In this document: positions 51,211-60,344 of the stretch, in pieces
Numbering within the stretch: position 1 is the first letter of the stretch
How the letters are laid out: each line of letters starts with the position of its first letter
Source of the DNA: Planctomycetota bacterium
GTDB taxonomy: Bacteria; Planctomycetota; Phycisphaerae; WQYP01
Length of the DNA stretch: 64,000 bases
Assembly (NCBI GenBank): GCA_021804985.1
Contig: JAJZGD010000001.1
Span: 9,827 to 73,826 of the forward strand
Direction: 5' to 3'
Notes under the pieces: generated by a model
The model's input: only the letters and a program-made list of their open reading frames with translations
Told to the model about the DNA's origin: nothing
Database searches by the model: none
Made by a program: the position numbers and the translations under genes

Positions 51211-51495
51211 GTAATGATTCTCCAAGGGCGGCACAGTTTGTATCGGTGGAGGAGTCGAATTGCAAGCGATGGCATTCGTCGCTGCGCCGCAGATCGCAGC
51301 GAGTGGCCGACCGCCATGTGCCGCCGGCCCGCCCCCAATGCCCATGCCACCAACCGGTAGCTGCCACAGAACCGCCGGAACCCGGCCGGCCGGCAGGGTC
51401 GGGACTCGGGACGGCCGCAAAACCGGCCTCTTGAGATGATTGGCCTTTTCGCTATACTGACGGGTCTATATTTTCCTTGGAAGGATGGTATTGCT

Positions 51496-51771
51496 ATGCC
51501 TCATGCTTGTCATTACACCGGCCGCAAGACCCGTATCGGGCGGCAGTGCACCTATCGCGGTAAAGCCAAATATCTTGGGGGCGTCGGCATCAAGATAACC
51601 GGGCGGTCGGCGCGAAAATTTAAGCCGAATCTGCAGAAGGTTCGGGTACTGATTGATGGCCGTCCCGTCCGGGTATGGGCGTCAACCAAGGCCATTAAGA
51701 CCGGTTTGGTCAAAAAGCGGCTGAGTCGGCGTTTTGTTTACCGCAAACCAACTGCTGCGGCGGCCTCCTGA
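51496..51771 (+). CDS. rpmB: 50S ribosomal protein L28
   Basis: L28 pattern C..TGK..G.....GKAKYLGG...KFKPNLQKVRV; GGAAGGATGG immediately upstream; C-terminal basic extension. Confidence 0.7.
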   Translation: MPHACHYTGRKTRIGRQCTYRGKAKYLGGVGIKITGRSARKFKPNLQKVRVLIDGRPVRVWASTKAIKTGLVKKRLSRRFVYRKPTAAAAS

Positions 51772-51935
51772 CGTTTCCCGCCGCACGGATATAGGGCTGA
51801 ATTCTATTGGGCACCGGCTTTGATCAGCCGGTGTCTTTCGTTTCGCGTGCGATCTTTAATCCCATCGGCTCGAGTAGGCCGGGCCAATTCGCGGCAGAAG
51901 TGTTATGCTATATTCCGCTGAAATCGGAGTGCCCC

Positions 51936-52247
51936 ATGGCTGAGAGTCTGTCCATAGCCCAGGTTGAACACGTGGCCAAACTTTCACGATTAAAGCTTTC
52001 CGAGTCGGATGTGGCACGCTACACGCAGCAGTTGTCCTCCATTCTTGATTACGTGGCCCAGTTACAGGAGGCGGATGTGGCCGACAAACTTCCCATGTCG
52101 CATCCTTTGCCACTTGAAAGCGTCATGCGGATGGATATGGTTGAGTCGGCTTTATCAACAGCGGATGTGCTAAAGAACGCGCCAGGCAAAGAAGGGGCAT
52201 TTTTTACGGTTCCCAAGGTATTGGACACTTCTGTCGGTGGGGGATGA
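51936..52247 (+). CDS. gatC: Asp-tRNA(Asn)/Glu-tRNA(Gln) amidotransferase subunit C
   Basis: GatC pattern SIAQVEHVAKLSRLKLSESDVARYTQQLSSILDYVAQL; followed by gatA and gatB. Confidence 0.8.
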   Translation: MAESLSIAQVEHVAKLSRLKLSESDVARYTQQLSSILDYVAQLQEADVADKLPMSHPLPLESVMRMDMVESALSTADVLKNAPGKEGAFFTVPKVLDTSVGGG

Positions 52248-52315
52248 TTGCCGCTGGCTTGCCGAGCACAGCGTGATGTGATTCGGTGGTGCCGGGCTTT
52301 ATCGAGGGGTGATTT

Positions 52316-52987
52316 ATGATATTCCGGATACAACGTTGGTTTTTGCGTTCAGGTATGCTGCGCGGGCTTTTGGGCCATTTAAGGCGCCCGCTTGCCATCA
52401 CCGCCGCTTTTGCGGGAACCGCGATGGTTTTGGCGCTGGGCGGATGCCAAGGCGGCGGCCCCATCGACAAGCAAGTTCAAATTGAGCAAAACTTCTGGAA
52501 CCGGCGATTCGTCCGGCCGACAACGATGCCAGCTTCATCGGAGCCGCGCGTGGGTGCCACGGCGATTGCCAATCACGGCCTGCTGCCCGAAATTTCCGGC
52601 TACCCCGGAAGTGGGCACTATGCATTTACCCTGCCGCCGGATGTGACGAGTTTCAAAAAAGTTTCTTCCCGTGGAACGGAGTATCTTTTATATGCTGGTG
52701 CGCCGCCAGGAGGCGCCACCCCTTTCATTACGATGATCGTTTCTCCACACTTGCCGCGATTTACGCAGAACAACCCCGCATTTGTTATCTCGTCGGAAAA
52801 GCACTTCGTGCTCAATAATCTTGAGGCCCATCAGATCAGTGGCTATCACGATGGGCATCCATTTACAGAATTGATTTTGACGCGTTTCGACTCCGCAAAT
52901 GAGATCGATGCCCTGGCGATTGTAAAAAATCGGCACGAGCGGCATGAAGCGCTCAAGATACTGGCAACAATTCACTGGAAAAAATGA
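52316..52987 (+). CDS. hypothetical lipoprotein inserted between gatC and gatA
   Basis: RR-containing n-region, hydrophobic core and lipobox-like VLALGGC; no recognisable domain. Confidence 0.4.
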   Translation: MIFRIQRWFLRSGMLRGLLGHLRRPLAITAAFAGTAMVLALGGCQGGGPIDKQVQIEQNFWNRRFVRPTTMPASSEPRVGATAIANHGLLPEISGYPGSGHYAFTLPPDVTSFKKVSSRGTEYLLYAGAPPGGATPFITMIVSPHLPRFTQNNPAFVISSEKHFVLNNLEAHQISGYHDGHPFTELILTRFDSANEIDALAIVKNRHERHEALKILATIHWKK

Positions 52988-53024
52988 TCGGAACATCGGA
53001 ATAAACGCAAAGGTATCTGGAAGG

Positions 53025-54524
53025 GTGGTGCATTTGGCCGGGTTAATACATGAGTTAAGCGCCTCGGAACTGGCGCGGCTGATTGCGGAAAAGAAGTTAA
53101 GCTCTCGAGAGGCAACACGGGCCTATCTTGATCGCATCGCACAAATCGATCCCACCCTGCGGGCATTTAATGAAACCTACGAGACCGAAGCGCTGGACGC
53201 GGCCGACGCCATTGACCGCAAGGTAAGCCGGGGCAACGCGCTCGGCCCGCTCGCAGGTGTACCGATGGCCCTGAAAGATAATCTTTGTTCCATTCAGGGG
53301 CGTACCACGTGCTCATCCAGGATGCTGCAAAATTTCCGAAGTCCGTATGACGCCACCGTCGTATCGAGGCTCGCGTCCGCCGGCGCGGTGATTCTGGGCA
53401 AAACCAATCTCGATGAATTTGCCATGGGCAGTTCAACGGAGAATTCGGCCTTCGGGCCGACGCGCAACCCCTGGAAGACAACCTGCGTTCCCGGCGGATC
53501 ATCCGGGGGATCGGCAGCGGCGGTGGCTGCACGCCTGTGCGCCGCAGCACTTGGATCGGATACCGGGGGATCCATTCGTCAGCCTGCGGCCCTCTGCGGA
53601 ATTGTGGGCCTGAAACCAACGTATGGGCTGGTCTCTCGGTACGGTCTGGTGGCATTCGCAAGTTCACTCGATCAGATCGGGCCGATGACTCAGGATGTGC
53701 GCGATGCGGCTTTGCTGCTCAATGTCATTGCGGGCCCGGATCCGAAGGACTCTACCAGCTGGCCGGCGGCCGCGGCGGATTACCTCAAAGATCTGGAATC
53801 TCGACCGCCGCACGTGCGCATTGGCCTGCCGAAGGAGTTTTTTGGCGATGGCCTGTCGAACGAAGTCGCCGGGGCGATTGCCGCCGCCGTCGAATATTTC
53901 AAGCAGCACGGGGCGGAAATTATTCCCGTCAGCCTGCCGCACACGCGCTATGGCATTGCAGCGTATTACGTGATTGCACCGGCGGAGGCGTCGAGCAATC
54001 TGGCGCGCTATGACGGGGTGCATTACGGCCATCGCACCAATAATGCCCGCGACTTATTCGAGTTGTATTCGGCAAGCCGGGCGGAAGGTTTTGGCCCGGA
54101 AGTTCAGCGGCGGATCATGCTGGGCACCTACGCACTCTCATCGGGATACTACGATGCATACTATTTGCGGGCCCAGAAGGTTCGTCAGTTAATCAAGGAA
54201 GATTTTGATCGCGCATTTGAAAGCTGCGATGTTATTCTCAGCCCGACCACGCCGGACGTGGCCTTTGATCTGGGCGCCAAAAGCGGCGACCCGCTGGCCA
54301 TGTACCTCTGCGATGTTTTCACCGTAACGTGCAATATTGCCGGCATACCGGGCATGAGTATCCCCTGCGGGTTTTCAGCATCGGGTTTGCCCATTGGCAT
54401 GCAGTTTCTCGGGCCAGTATTCAGCGAATCATTGATGTTGCGATTGGCCCGACTGTATGAAGCCGGACACGAGTGGAACAAGCGAATACCAAGGCCAATA
54501 TTGGAGACCGCCAGCGCCGCTTAG
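53025..54524 (+). CDS. gatA: Glu-tRNA(Gln) amidotransferase subunit A (amidase)
   Basis: amidase signature GGSSGGSAAAVAA and catalytic KDN; start placed at GTG after GGAAGG, while the ORF extends upstream to 52944 overlapping the previous gene. Confidence 0.85.
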   Translation: MVHLAGLIHELSASELARLIAEKKLSSREATRAYLDRIAQIDPTLRAFNETYETEALDAADAIDRKVSRGNALGPLAGVPMALKDNLCSIQGRTTCSSRMLQNFRSPYDATVVSRLASAGAVILGKTNLDEFAMGSSTENSAFGPTRNPWKTTCVPGGSSGGSAAAVAARLCAAALGSDTGGSIRQPAALCGIVGLKPTYGLVSRYGLVAFASSLDQIGPMTQDVRDAALLLNVIAGPDPKDSTSWPAAAADYLKDLESRPPHVRIGLPKEFFGDGLSNEVAGAIAAAVEYFKQHGAEIIPVSLPHTRYGIAAYYVIAPAEASSNLARYDGVHYGHRTNNARDLFELYSASRAEGFGPEVQRRIMLGTYALSSGYYDAYYLRAQKVRQLIKEDFDRAFESCDVILSPTTPDVAFDLGAKSGDPLAMYLCDVFTVTCNIAGIPGMSIPCGFSASGLPIGMQFLGPVFSESLMLRLARLYEAGHEWNKRIPRPILETASAA

Positions 54525-54558
54525 GCGACGATTTTTATTTCAGGGGCGCGGAGCAGAT

Positions 54559-56052
54559 ATGAATCAACCCGAGTATAAAGTTTTGATCGGCATGGAAATT
54601 CACGTCCAGCTGGCGACTGCATCCAAGATGTTCACGGGTGCCCCGTGTGGTGGAACCCAGGATGCCAACACGCAGGTGGATGGCGTTGTGCTGGGGCTTC
54701 CGGGCGTGCTGCCGGTGATTAATCGACGGGCGGTTGAGATGGCGATGATGGTCGGCCTGGCACTGGGCTGCCGAATCGCGTCAATCACCAAGTGGGATCG
54801 AAAAAGTTATTACTACCCTGATTTGCCCAAGAATTACCAGATCAGCCAGTATGACCAACCGCTATGCGGCGCCGGGGCGGTTGATATCACACTGCCGGAC
54901 GGAAGCATAAAAACCATTCGCATTCGCCGCGCCCATCTGGAAGAAGATGCCGGCAAACTGCTGCATGAGGCCGGCCATGCGGTAAGCATGGTCGATTTGA
55001 ACCGTGCCGGAACTCCCCTTCTGGAAATTGTAACGGAGCCGGATTTTTCAAGCCCGGATGAGGCGCGGATTTTTGGCGAAGAGCTGCGGCAAATCTGCCG
55101 GTATTTGGGCGTATCTCAGGGGATTATGCAGCAGGGGCATATGCGGTTTGAGCCCAACATTAACCTGCATATTTTCCAGGATGGCAGCGTATTTAAGACC
55201 GCCATATCAGAGATAAAAAACCTGAACAGTTTTCGCTCGGTGGAGCGGGCCTGCACCTACGAGATTCGCCGGCAACTATCACAGTTCATGACGGACCGCA
55301 CCGCCGCACTTAGCGAACCCAAAACCACCCGCGGATGGGATGACGATAAAGGCTGTACAACGCTCCAGCGATCGAAGGAAGATGCCCATGATTATCGATA
55401 CTTTCCTGATCCGGATCTGGTGCCGCTGCGGATAGCCCCCGAATGGATTCACACCATTCAGGAAACACTCATTGAACTTCCGATGGCGCGGCGCCTGCGC
55501 TATGAAAAACTTGGACTCTCTGCAAAAGACGCGGCCGCTTTGGTTGACGAACGGAGCGTTTCGGACCTTTTCGATGCAGCCGTGATGCTGCACGCATCGC
55601 CGCGGCGTACCGCAAATTTGTTACTGGGGCCGGCTGCCAAAGTTGCCAATCAGCGCACGGCGGAAAAGGGCTCACCGGTTTTAATCAGCGATCTGGGCAT
55701 TACGCCGGAACAGTACACGCATCTTTCCGGGATGATGGAAGATGGAACGGTCAGCGCGTCGGCGGCGGTAACAATCTTTGAAACGCTCTGCAGCGGAGAA
55801 GAAAAAGACCCGTTGGTCATAGCGCAAAAAGCGGGCCTGGTGCAGGTACGCGATACCAGCACGACGCAGGCGTGGGTCAACGAGGCGATCGGCCGCAATC
55901 CGCAGGCCGTTTTGGACTTTAAAAACAATCCCAAAAAGCGGCAGGCATCGCTCGGCTTTTTGCGCGGAGCGGTGATGAAGCTAAGCCAAGGCAAGGCAGA
56001 CCCCAAGCTGGTCGGTGAGCTTTTGGAAAGCCACCTCAATTCTCAGTCGTGA
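54559..56052 (+). CDS. gatB: Asp-tRNA(Asn)/Glu-tRNA(Gln) amidotransferase subunit B
   Basis: MNQPEYKVLIGMEIHVQL start and GatB core plus C-terminal YqeY-like tail. Confidence 0.9.
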   Translation: MNQPEYKVLIGMEIHVQLATASKMFTGAPCGGTQDANTQVDGVVLGLPGVLPVINRRAVEMAMMVGLALGCRIASITKWDRKSYYYPDLPKNYQISQYDQPLCGAGAVDITLPDGSIKTIRIRRAHLEEDAGKLLHEAGHAVSMVDLNRAGTPLLEIVTEPDFSSPDEARIFGEELRQICRYLGVSQGIMQQGHMRFEPNINLHIFQDGSVFKTAISEIKNLNSFRSVERACTYEIRRQLSQFMTDRTAALSEPKTTRGWDDDKGCTTLQRSKEDAHDYRYFPDPDLVPLRIAPEWIHTIQETLIELPMARRLRYEKLGLSAKDAAALVDERSVSDLFDAAVMLHASPRRTANLLLGPAAKVANQRTAEKGSPVLISDLGITPEQYTHLSGMMEDGTVSASAAVTIFETLCSGEEKDPLVIAQKAGLVQVRDTSTTQAWVNEAIGRNPQAVLDFKNNPKKRQASLGFLRGAVMKLSQGKADPKLVGELLESHLNSQS

Positions 56053-57302
56053 CATGGCAACCGGGAGTACGCGGCATGCGTTCGCCGACAAATTCGCAAA
56101 TTGGCAAACTCGCAATGATTGTGCTCGCGGCGATTAGCCTTTACGCTCGGCCCGCATGCGGTCGGATGCAGGTGTACAACCTTCCCGGCTATTACATCAT
56201 CCACAGTGATGAAAGCCCCCGGATTCTGCGGCAAATTTGGCTCCGCATGAATTTTGTCGCTCAAACGTATGAGCGCCGCCTGCATCGATTTTTCGGCGGC
56301 GACGTAACCCAAAAGCAGCCGTTCTTCATCTTCCGCCATCGGCAGGAGTATCGTCGCGCCGGGGGGCCAGCGGGAAGTGCCGGCGTTTTTATCGTCGGCT
56401 ACCACGGGCAGCGCCTGATGGCCGACGCCGGCACAAAAATTACGCATCAGATGTGGCACACCATTCAGCATGAAGCGTTCCACCAATTTACCTATGCAAT
56501 GATCGGGCGATTTTTCCCGCCCTGGGCCAATGAGGGACTCGCGGAATATTTTGGCGAGGGCCTTTTTACGGGCAACAGTTTTGTGACCGGATGGATTCCG
56601 CCGTGGAGACTTGCACGCGTCAAATGGGAAATTACCCATCATAAACTTAAATCCATTCGTGTGATGCGGCACATGCGCTACCGCCAGTGGAACGATGTGC
56701 TAATGGGCACCAACTATGATGAAGCGTGGTCCATGATCTATTTTCTGGCCTGGGCAGATCATGGAAAGTTCGATGGCCCCTTCATGCGATACATGGCACT
56801 TTATAAAAATGGGATGTCCGCCAACCGAGCTTGGCGGATAGCATATGGACGCGGCAACGGCGGCTTTCAGCACCTTTGGAAAAAATATTGGATGAACATG
56901 CCAAAGGATCCCACAGCATTGCTTTATGCCAAAGTTCAGACCCAGGCTTTGACCAATTTTCTGGCTCGCGCCTGCTGTCTTCACCAAAAATTTACCAGCG
57001 CCCACCAGTTCTTTGCCCGCATTGCCAATGGTACGCTCCGGACCTACAAGCTTCCGGATAACCGGTGGCTGCCGCAGACACTGCTGACCCATGCCGCACG
57101 GCGCGCACCTAAACTCGGCACATGGAAACTCACCCCCGGCGGGCTGCCGCACCTGATATGCAGGATGGCCGATGGAACGAAGGTGGTTGGAATGTTCCGC
57201 TTAAGTGAGGGGCGCATTCGGAAGGTATGGGTTAAGGTTCTTAGAGAAGGTGCCGGCGGCGGGCAGCCGGCGGATGGTGCGCTCGGAACCGTCGCGCAGT
57301 AG
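56049..57302 (+). CDS. secreted putative zinc-metallopeptidase-like protein (HExxH), Planctomycete DUF1570-like
   Basis: signal peptide (MRSPTNSQIGKLAMIVLAAISLYA, probable start 56076), HEAFH motif followed by conserved acidic/aromatic stretch; family assignment tentative. Confidence 0.45.
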   Translation: MTWQPGVRGMRSPTNSQIGKLAMIVLAAISLYARPACGRMQVYNLPGYYIIHSDESPRILRQIWLRMNFVAQTYERRLHRFFGGDVTQKQPFFIFRHRQEYRRAGGPAGSAGVFIVGYHGQRLMADAGTKITHQMWHTIQHEAFHQFTYAMIGRFFPPWANEGLAEYFGEGLFTGNSFVTGWIPPWRLARVKWEITHHKLKSIRVMRHMRYRQWNDVLMGTNYDEAWSMIYFLAWADHGKFDGPFMRYMALYKNGMSANRAWRIAYGRGNGGFQHLWKKYWMNMPKDPTALLYAKVQTQALTNFLARACCLHQKFTSAHQFFARIANGTLRTYKLPDNRWLPQTLLTHAARRAPKLGTWKLTPGGLPHLICRMADGTKVVGMFRLSEGRIRKVWVKVLREGAGGGQPADGALGTVAQ

Positions 57303-57790
57303 GCGATTGCCGGAAACGCTTTGCTCCCAGCCAACAACCGCCTGCCAGGCGGCCGATAATACCGTGGTTTGCTCCATCCGCAGGGGGGCCCAGCTCCGTG
57401 ACAAAAACTGAATTCACACCATTATCCGCGGATCGATAAAAGATTCATGCCCAAGGCCAATTGCGTCGAAATGATTAGGAGTCCGGTAGGAATAGCTTTT
57501 ATTGACATGGAGGTCGCTTGGGTTTCCGACTTTACTTCGGAGGTTTCGCCATGGCGGCCTGCTTTAAAATTGTCGTATCGAACCTCACTGCACGCTCAAA
57601 AAGTCGCGCCGGCTCCGTTAAAAAAGACACGCGTACGTATCCCCCTTGCCATGCAATGATGGAAATTGTGGGCAATTTTCGCAAGCCAGATTTAGCCGCC
57701 GACCATCCAGAGAATTTGGTTAATCACCGCTGCGAAGTTGCACTGAATCATTAGAAGCCTGGGGACTGCGGGGCAGAGATACTTTGAGAG

Positions 57791-58636
57791 ATGGCATTTT
57801 CGGGCGATGTGAACGATGCTCTCAGGGGATCAGCCGTGGCCCCACGCCGAGCCTTTACCACCTCCGAACTTTTAACCCTTGTGATTTCCGTAAGCATTCT
57901 CGCCACCCTGATTATCGGCGCCGCCATACGCACGCGCGATGATGGCAGTCTGGTGGGGTGTGTCAACCATCTTCGCAAACTTTCAAGCGCTGCGTTGTCG
58001 TATGCCAACATCAATGGCGGCCATTTACCACAAGCGGGCCTTCACCCCATCGGCGGCTGGTACGGTCAACTTTTGCCCTATGACGGGCATTTTCGCAGCG
58101 ACGCATTGTGCCCCAGCGCCCGGACCATGGCGTGCGGCGTGGGCAATGCGTATGGTGCATGGAGTGCACGGTGCGGCCCGCTGCAAACGCACGGCCCAAG
58201 CCATCCTCGGCGCATCGCTGCAAGTTATGGCATCAACGGCCATCTGGCGGGAAGACGTATTGGTAGATGCCAGCCCTATTTTCCACTTTTTGCCGACTGT
58301 ATCTGGGCGGCCGCATCACCGCACGCAGGCGATCCTATGCCACGAAATCTGTTCCTCGGAAATTCCAGCCTCAATCCGGATGATCAAATGGGAGATTTCT
58401 GCATTGATCGGCATATGAGCGCAATCAATGTCGTGGATGCGGATGGCAGCGGCAGGCCAGTGCGGATCACGAGCCTTTGGACGCTGCGTTGGTGCCGCTC
58501 TTTTAATTGCCGACAAGCCCCACCGTCGGCCAAACCGGTTCAAAACGCGTGGCATTTCCCGGCGACGAATAAGCGGATGGGGCAGGCGATTCGGCTGGCG
58601 ATCGCGCAGGACGGGGACCAATCCGGCGGCCATTGA
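57791..58636 (+). CDS. DUF1559 / H-X9-DG family protein with degenerate prepilin-type N-terminal domain
   Basis: RRAFTTSELLTLVISVSILATLIIGAA resembles the GFTLIELLVVIAIIAIL prepilin N-terminus (Ala instead of Gly at -1); C-terminal HMSAINVVDADG matches H-x9-DG. Confidence 0.65.
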   Translation: MAFSGDVNDALRGSAVAPRRAFTTSELLTLVISVSILATLIIGAAIRTRDDGSLVGCVNHLRKLSSAALSYANINGGHLPQAGLHPIGGWYGQLLPYDGHFRSDALCPSARTMACGVGNAYGAWSARCGPLQTHGPSHPRRIAASYGINGHLAGRRIGRCQPYFPLFADCIWAAASPHAGDPMPRNLFLGNSSLNPDDQMGDFCIDRHMSAINVVDADGSGRPVRITSLWTLRWCRSFNCRQAPPSAKPVQNAWHFPATNKRMGQAIRLAIAQDGDQSGGH

Positions 58637-58705
58637 GGCACGCCAACCGCGTCGCGCTTAAGCCAAAACCGATTCGCGGTTTCGCAATGGGGGCTCGGTT
58701 GCCGA

Positions 58706-59368
58706 ATGGGGCACGGTCATTTAACTGGGCGCGGCGTTCCAAGTGTCTTCTTTCCATCGCGGCTGCAACGATTAGAATCCTCAGTCGTGAGAATCATTGC
58801 GGGTAAATTCCGACACCGCGTGCTGCATGGACCGCCTGCGGATACCACTCGTCCGATAACGGATCGGGTGAAACAGTCGCTGTTTGATGCATTGGCCGTG
58901 GCCGTGGGCTTTGACGATGTACGTGTGCTGGACGTATTTGCCGGAACGGGCAGCATGGGGCTCGAGTGCCTGTCGCGGGGCGCGGCCGAGGCGGTATTTA
59001 TTGAGCGTGATAAGCACGCCATTGCAGCCCTTCGAAATAATATTGCGATGCTCGGCGTTGAGGGGCTAAGCCGGATTATTTCTGCCGATGTCTATCAATG
59101 GCGTGAGGCCGTCGGAAAAGACCGCGGCCGCTACAAACTGATATTTTTTGATCCGCCCTATTCGCAGATGCGGGAGGCGAATTCGGCGGCCGCATTGGAT
59201 GCCCTGATGATAAGTATGCTCCAGAATTATGGAACCCCGGATGCCGTCTTGCTGCTTCGCTATCCATTCGGGTTAAACTTAGCGTCCATGAAAGTGTTTT
59301 CCCTCATTCGGCGGCAGGCCGATTATGGATCGATGTCGATTGTGTGGATATCCAACGAGCCGGTTTAA
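58706..59368 (+). CDS. rsmD: 16S rRNA (guanine966-N2)-methyltransferase
   Basis: RIIAGKFRHRVL...RPITDRVKQSLFDAL, AdoMet motif VLDVFAGTGSMGLE and catalytic DPPY; likely GTG start at 58787. Confidence 0.7.
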   Translation: MGHGHLTGRGVPSVFFPSRLQRLESSVVRIIAGKFRHRVLHGPPADTTRPITDRVKQSLFDALAVAVGFDDVRVLDVFAGTGSMGLECLSRGAAEAVFIERDKHAIAALRNNIAMLGVEGLSRIISADVYQWREAVGKDRGRYKLIFFDPPYSQMREANSAAALDALMISMLQNYGTPDAVLLLRYPFGLNLASMKVFSLIRRQADYGSMSIVWISNEPV

Positions 59369-59400
59369 CGGTCGCCACGGCACAGAAGAAAGGTAGCTGA

Positions 59401-60327
59401 TTGCCACGACTACAGTATCGCTTTTTCAAACCCACCCAGGCTGCCCAATTGCGGCGGATGGAATTTACGGTCCGGGGTGTGGTAGAGGGTGTTTACGCGG
59501 GTTTACATAAAAGCCCCCACAAAGGCTTTTCCATCGAATTTGCCGAGCACCGCGAATATGTTCCCGGCGATGAGATCAAACATCTGGACTGGACCGTACT
59601 GGCCAAAACCGACCGTTATTACATCAAGCAATATGAGCAAGAAACGAATATGCGCGCGACCATCTGCATCGATGCCTCGGCATCCATGCGCTTTGGAACC
59701 GCCTCCCAGGTTGACCCAGCCACCGGCAAAGCGATGTCGGTAAGCAAATTTGAGTATGCGTCGGTGCTGGCTTGTTCATTGGCCTATATGCTTTCTAATC
59801 AGCAGGACATGGTGGGGCTGATCGGCTTTGACGACAAAATACGCCTGGAGATTCCGCAGGGAAACGGCCCTTCGCATTTGGATCAGATATTCGTCAGTTT
59901 GGAAAAACTCTCGCCGGCCCGCACCACGAATCTTGCCGACACGCTGCATATGGTGGCCAACAAAATTCCCCGGCGCGGTCTGGTCATTTTAATCAGCGAT
60001 TTGTTTGACGACCCGGATCGGCTGACTTCGGCTTTTGAACACCTGCGTCATTTTCGGCACCAGCTGGTGGTTTTGCACGTCATGGATCGGCAGGAAATGC
60101 TTTTAAATTACAACCGTCCGGTGACGTTTGAAGATATGGAGGATGGGTCGCGCCTGCAGATTGATCCGAAAAATATCCGCCAGGAGTATCAGCGCGAAGT
60201 TCAAAACTTTGTCGATCTGATTAAACGCAAATGTGGTCAGTCTCGCATCGACTATGTTCATGCCCTGACCGATGTGCCCTGGGACAAGCAGATTCGCGAT
60301 TTGATGGCGCGGACTTCGCACCGTTAG
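59401..60327 (+). CDS. DUF58 family protein (VWA-like)
   Basis: DUF58 hallmark GFSIEFAEHREYVPGDEIKHLDW and MIDAS-like DASASM. Confidence 0.75.
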   Translation: MPRLQYRFFKPTQAAQLRRMEFTVRGVVEGVYAGLHKSPHKGFSIEFAEHREYVPGDEIKHLDWTVLAKTDRYYIKQYEQETNMRATICIDASASMRFGTASQVDPATGKAMSVSKFEYASVLACSLAYMLSNQQDMVGLIGFDDKIRLEIPQGNGPSHLDQIFVSLEKLSPARTTNLADTLHMVANKIPRRGLVILISDLFDDPDRLTSAFEHLRHFRHQLVVLHVMDRQEMLLNYNRPVTFEDMEDGSRLQIDPKNIRQEYQREVQNFVDLIKRKCGQSRIDYVHALTDVPWDKQIRDLMARTSHR

Positions 60328-60344
60328 GTTGAATTGAAGGAACT

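Noticed and set aside
57303-57790. 488-bp intergenic region before the DUF1559 gene examined for ncRNA/tRNA
   Set aside because: Contains a TTGACA hexamer but no matching -10 box and no tRNA-like cloverleaf elements; insufficient evidence
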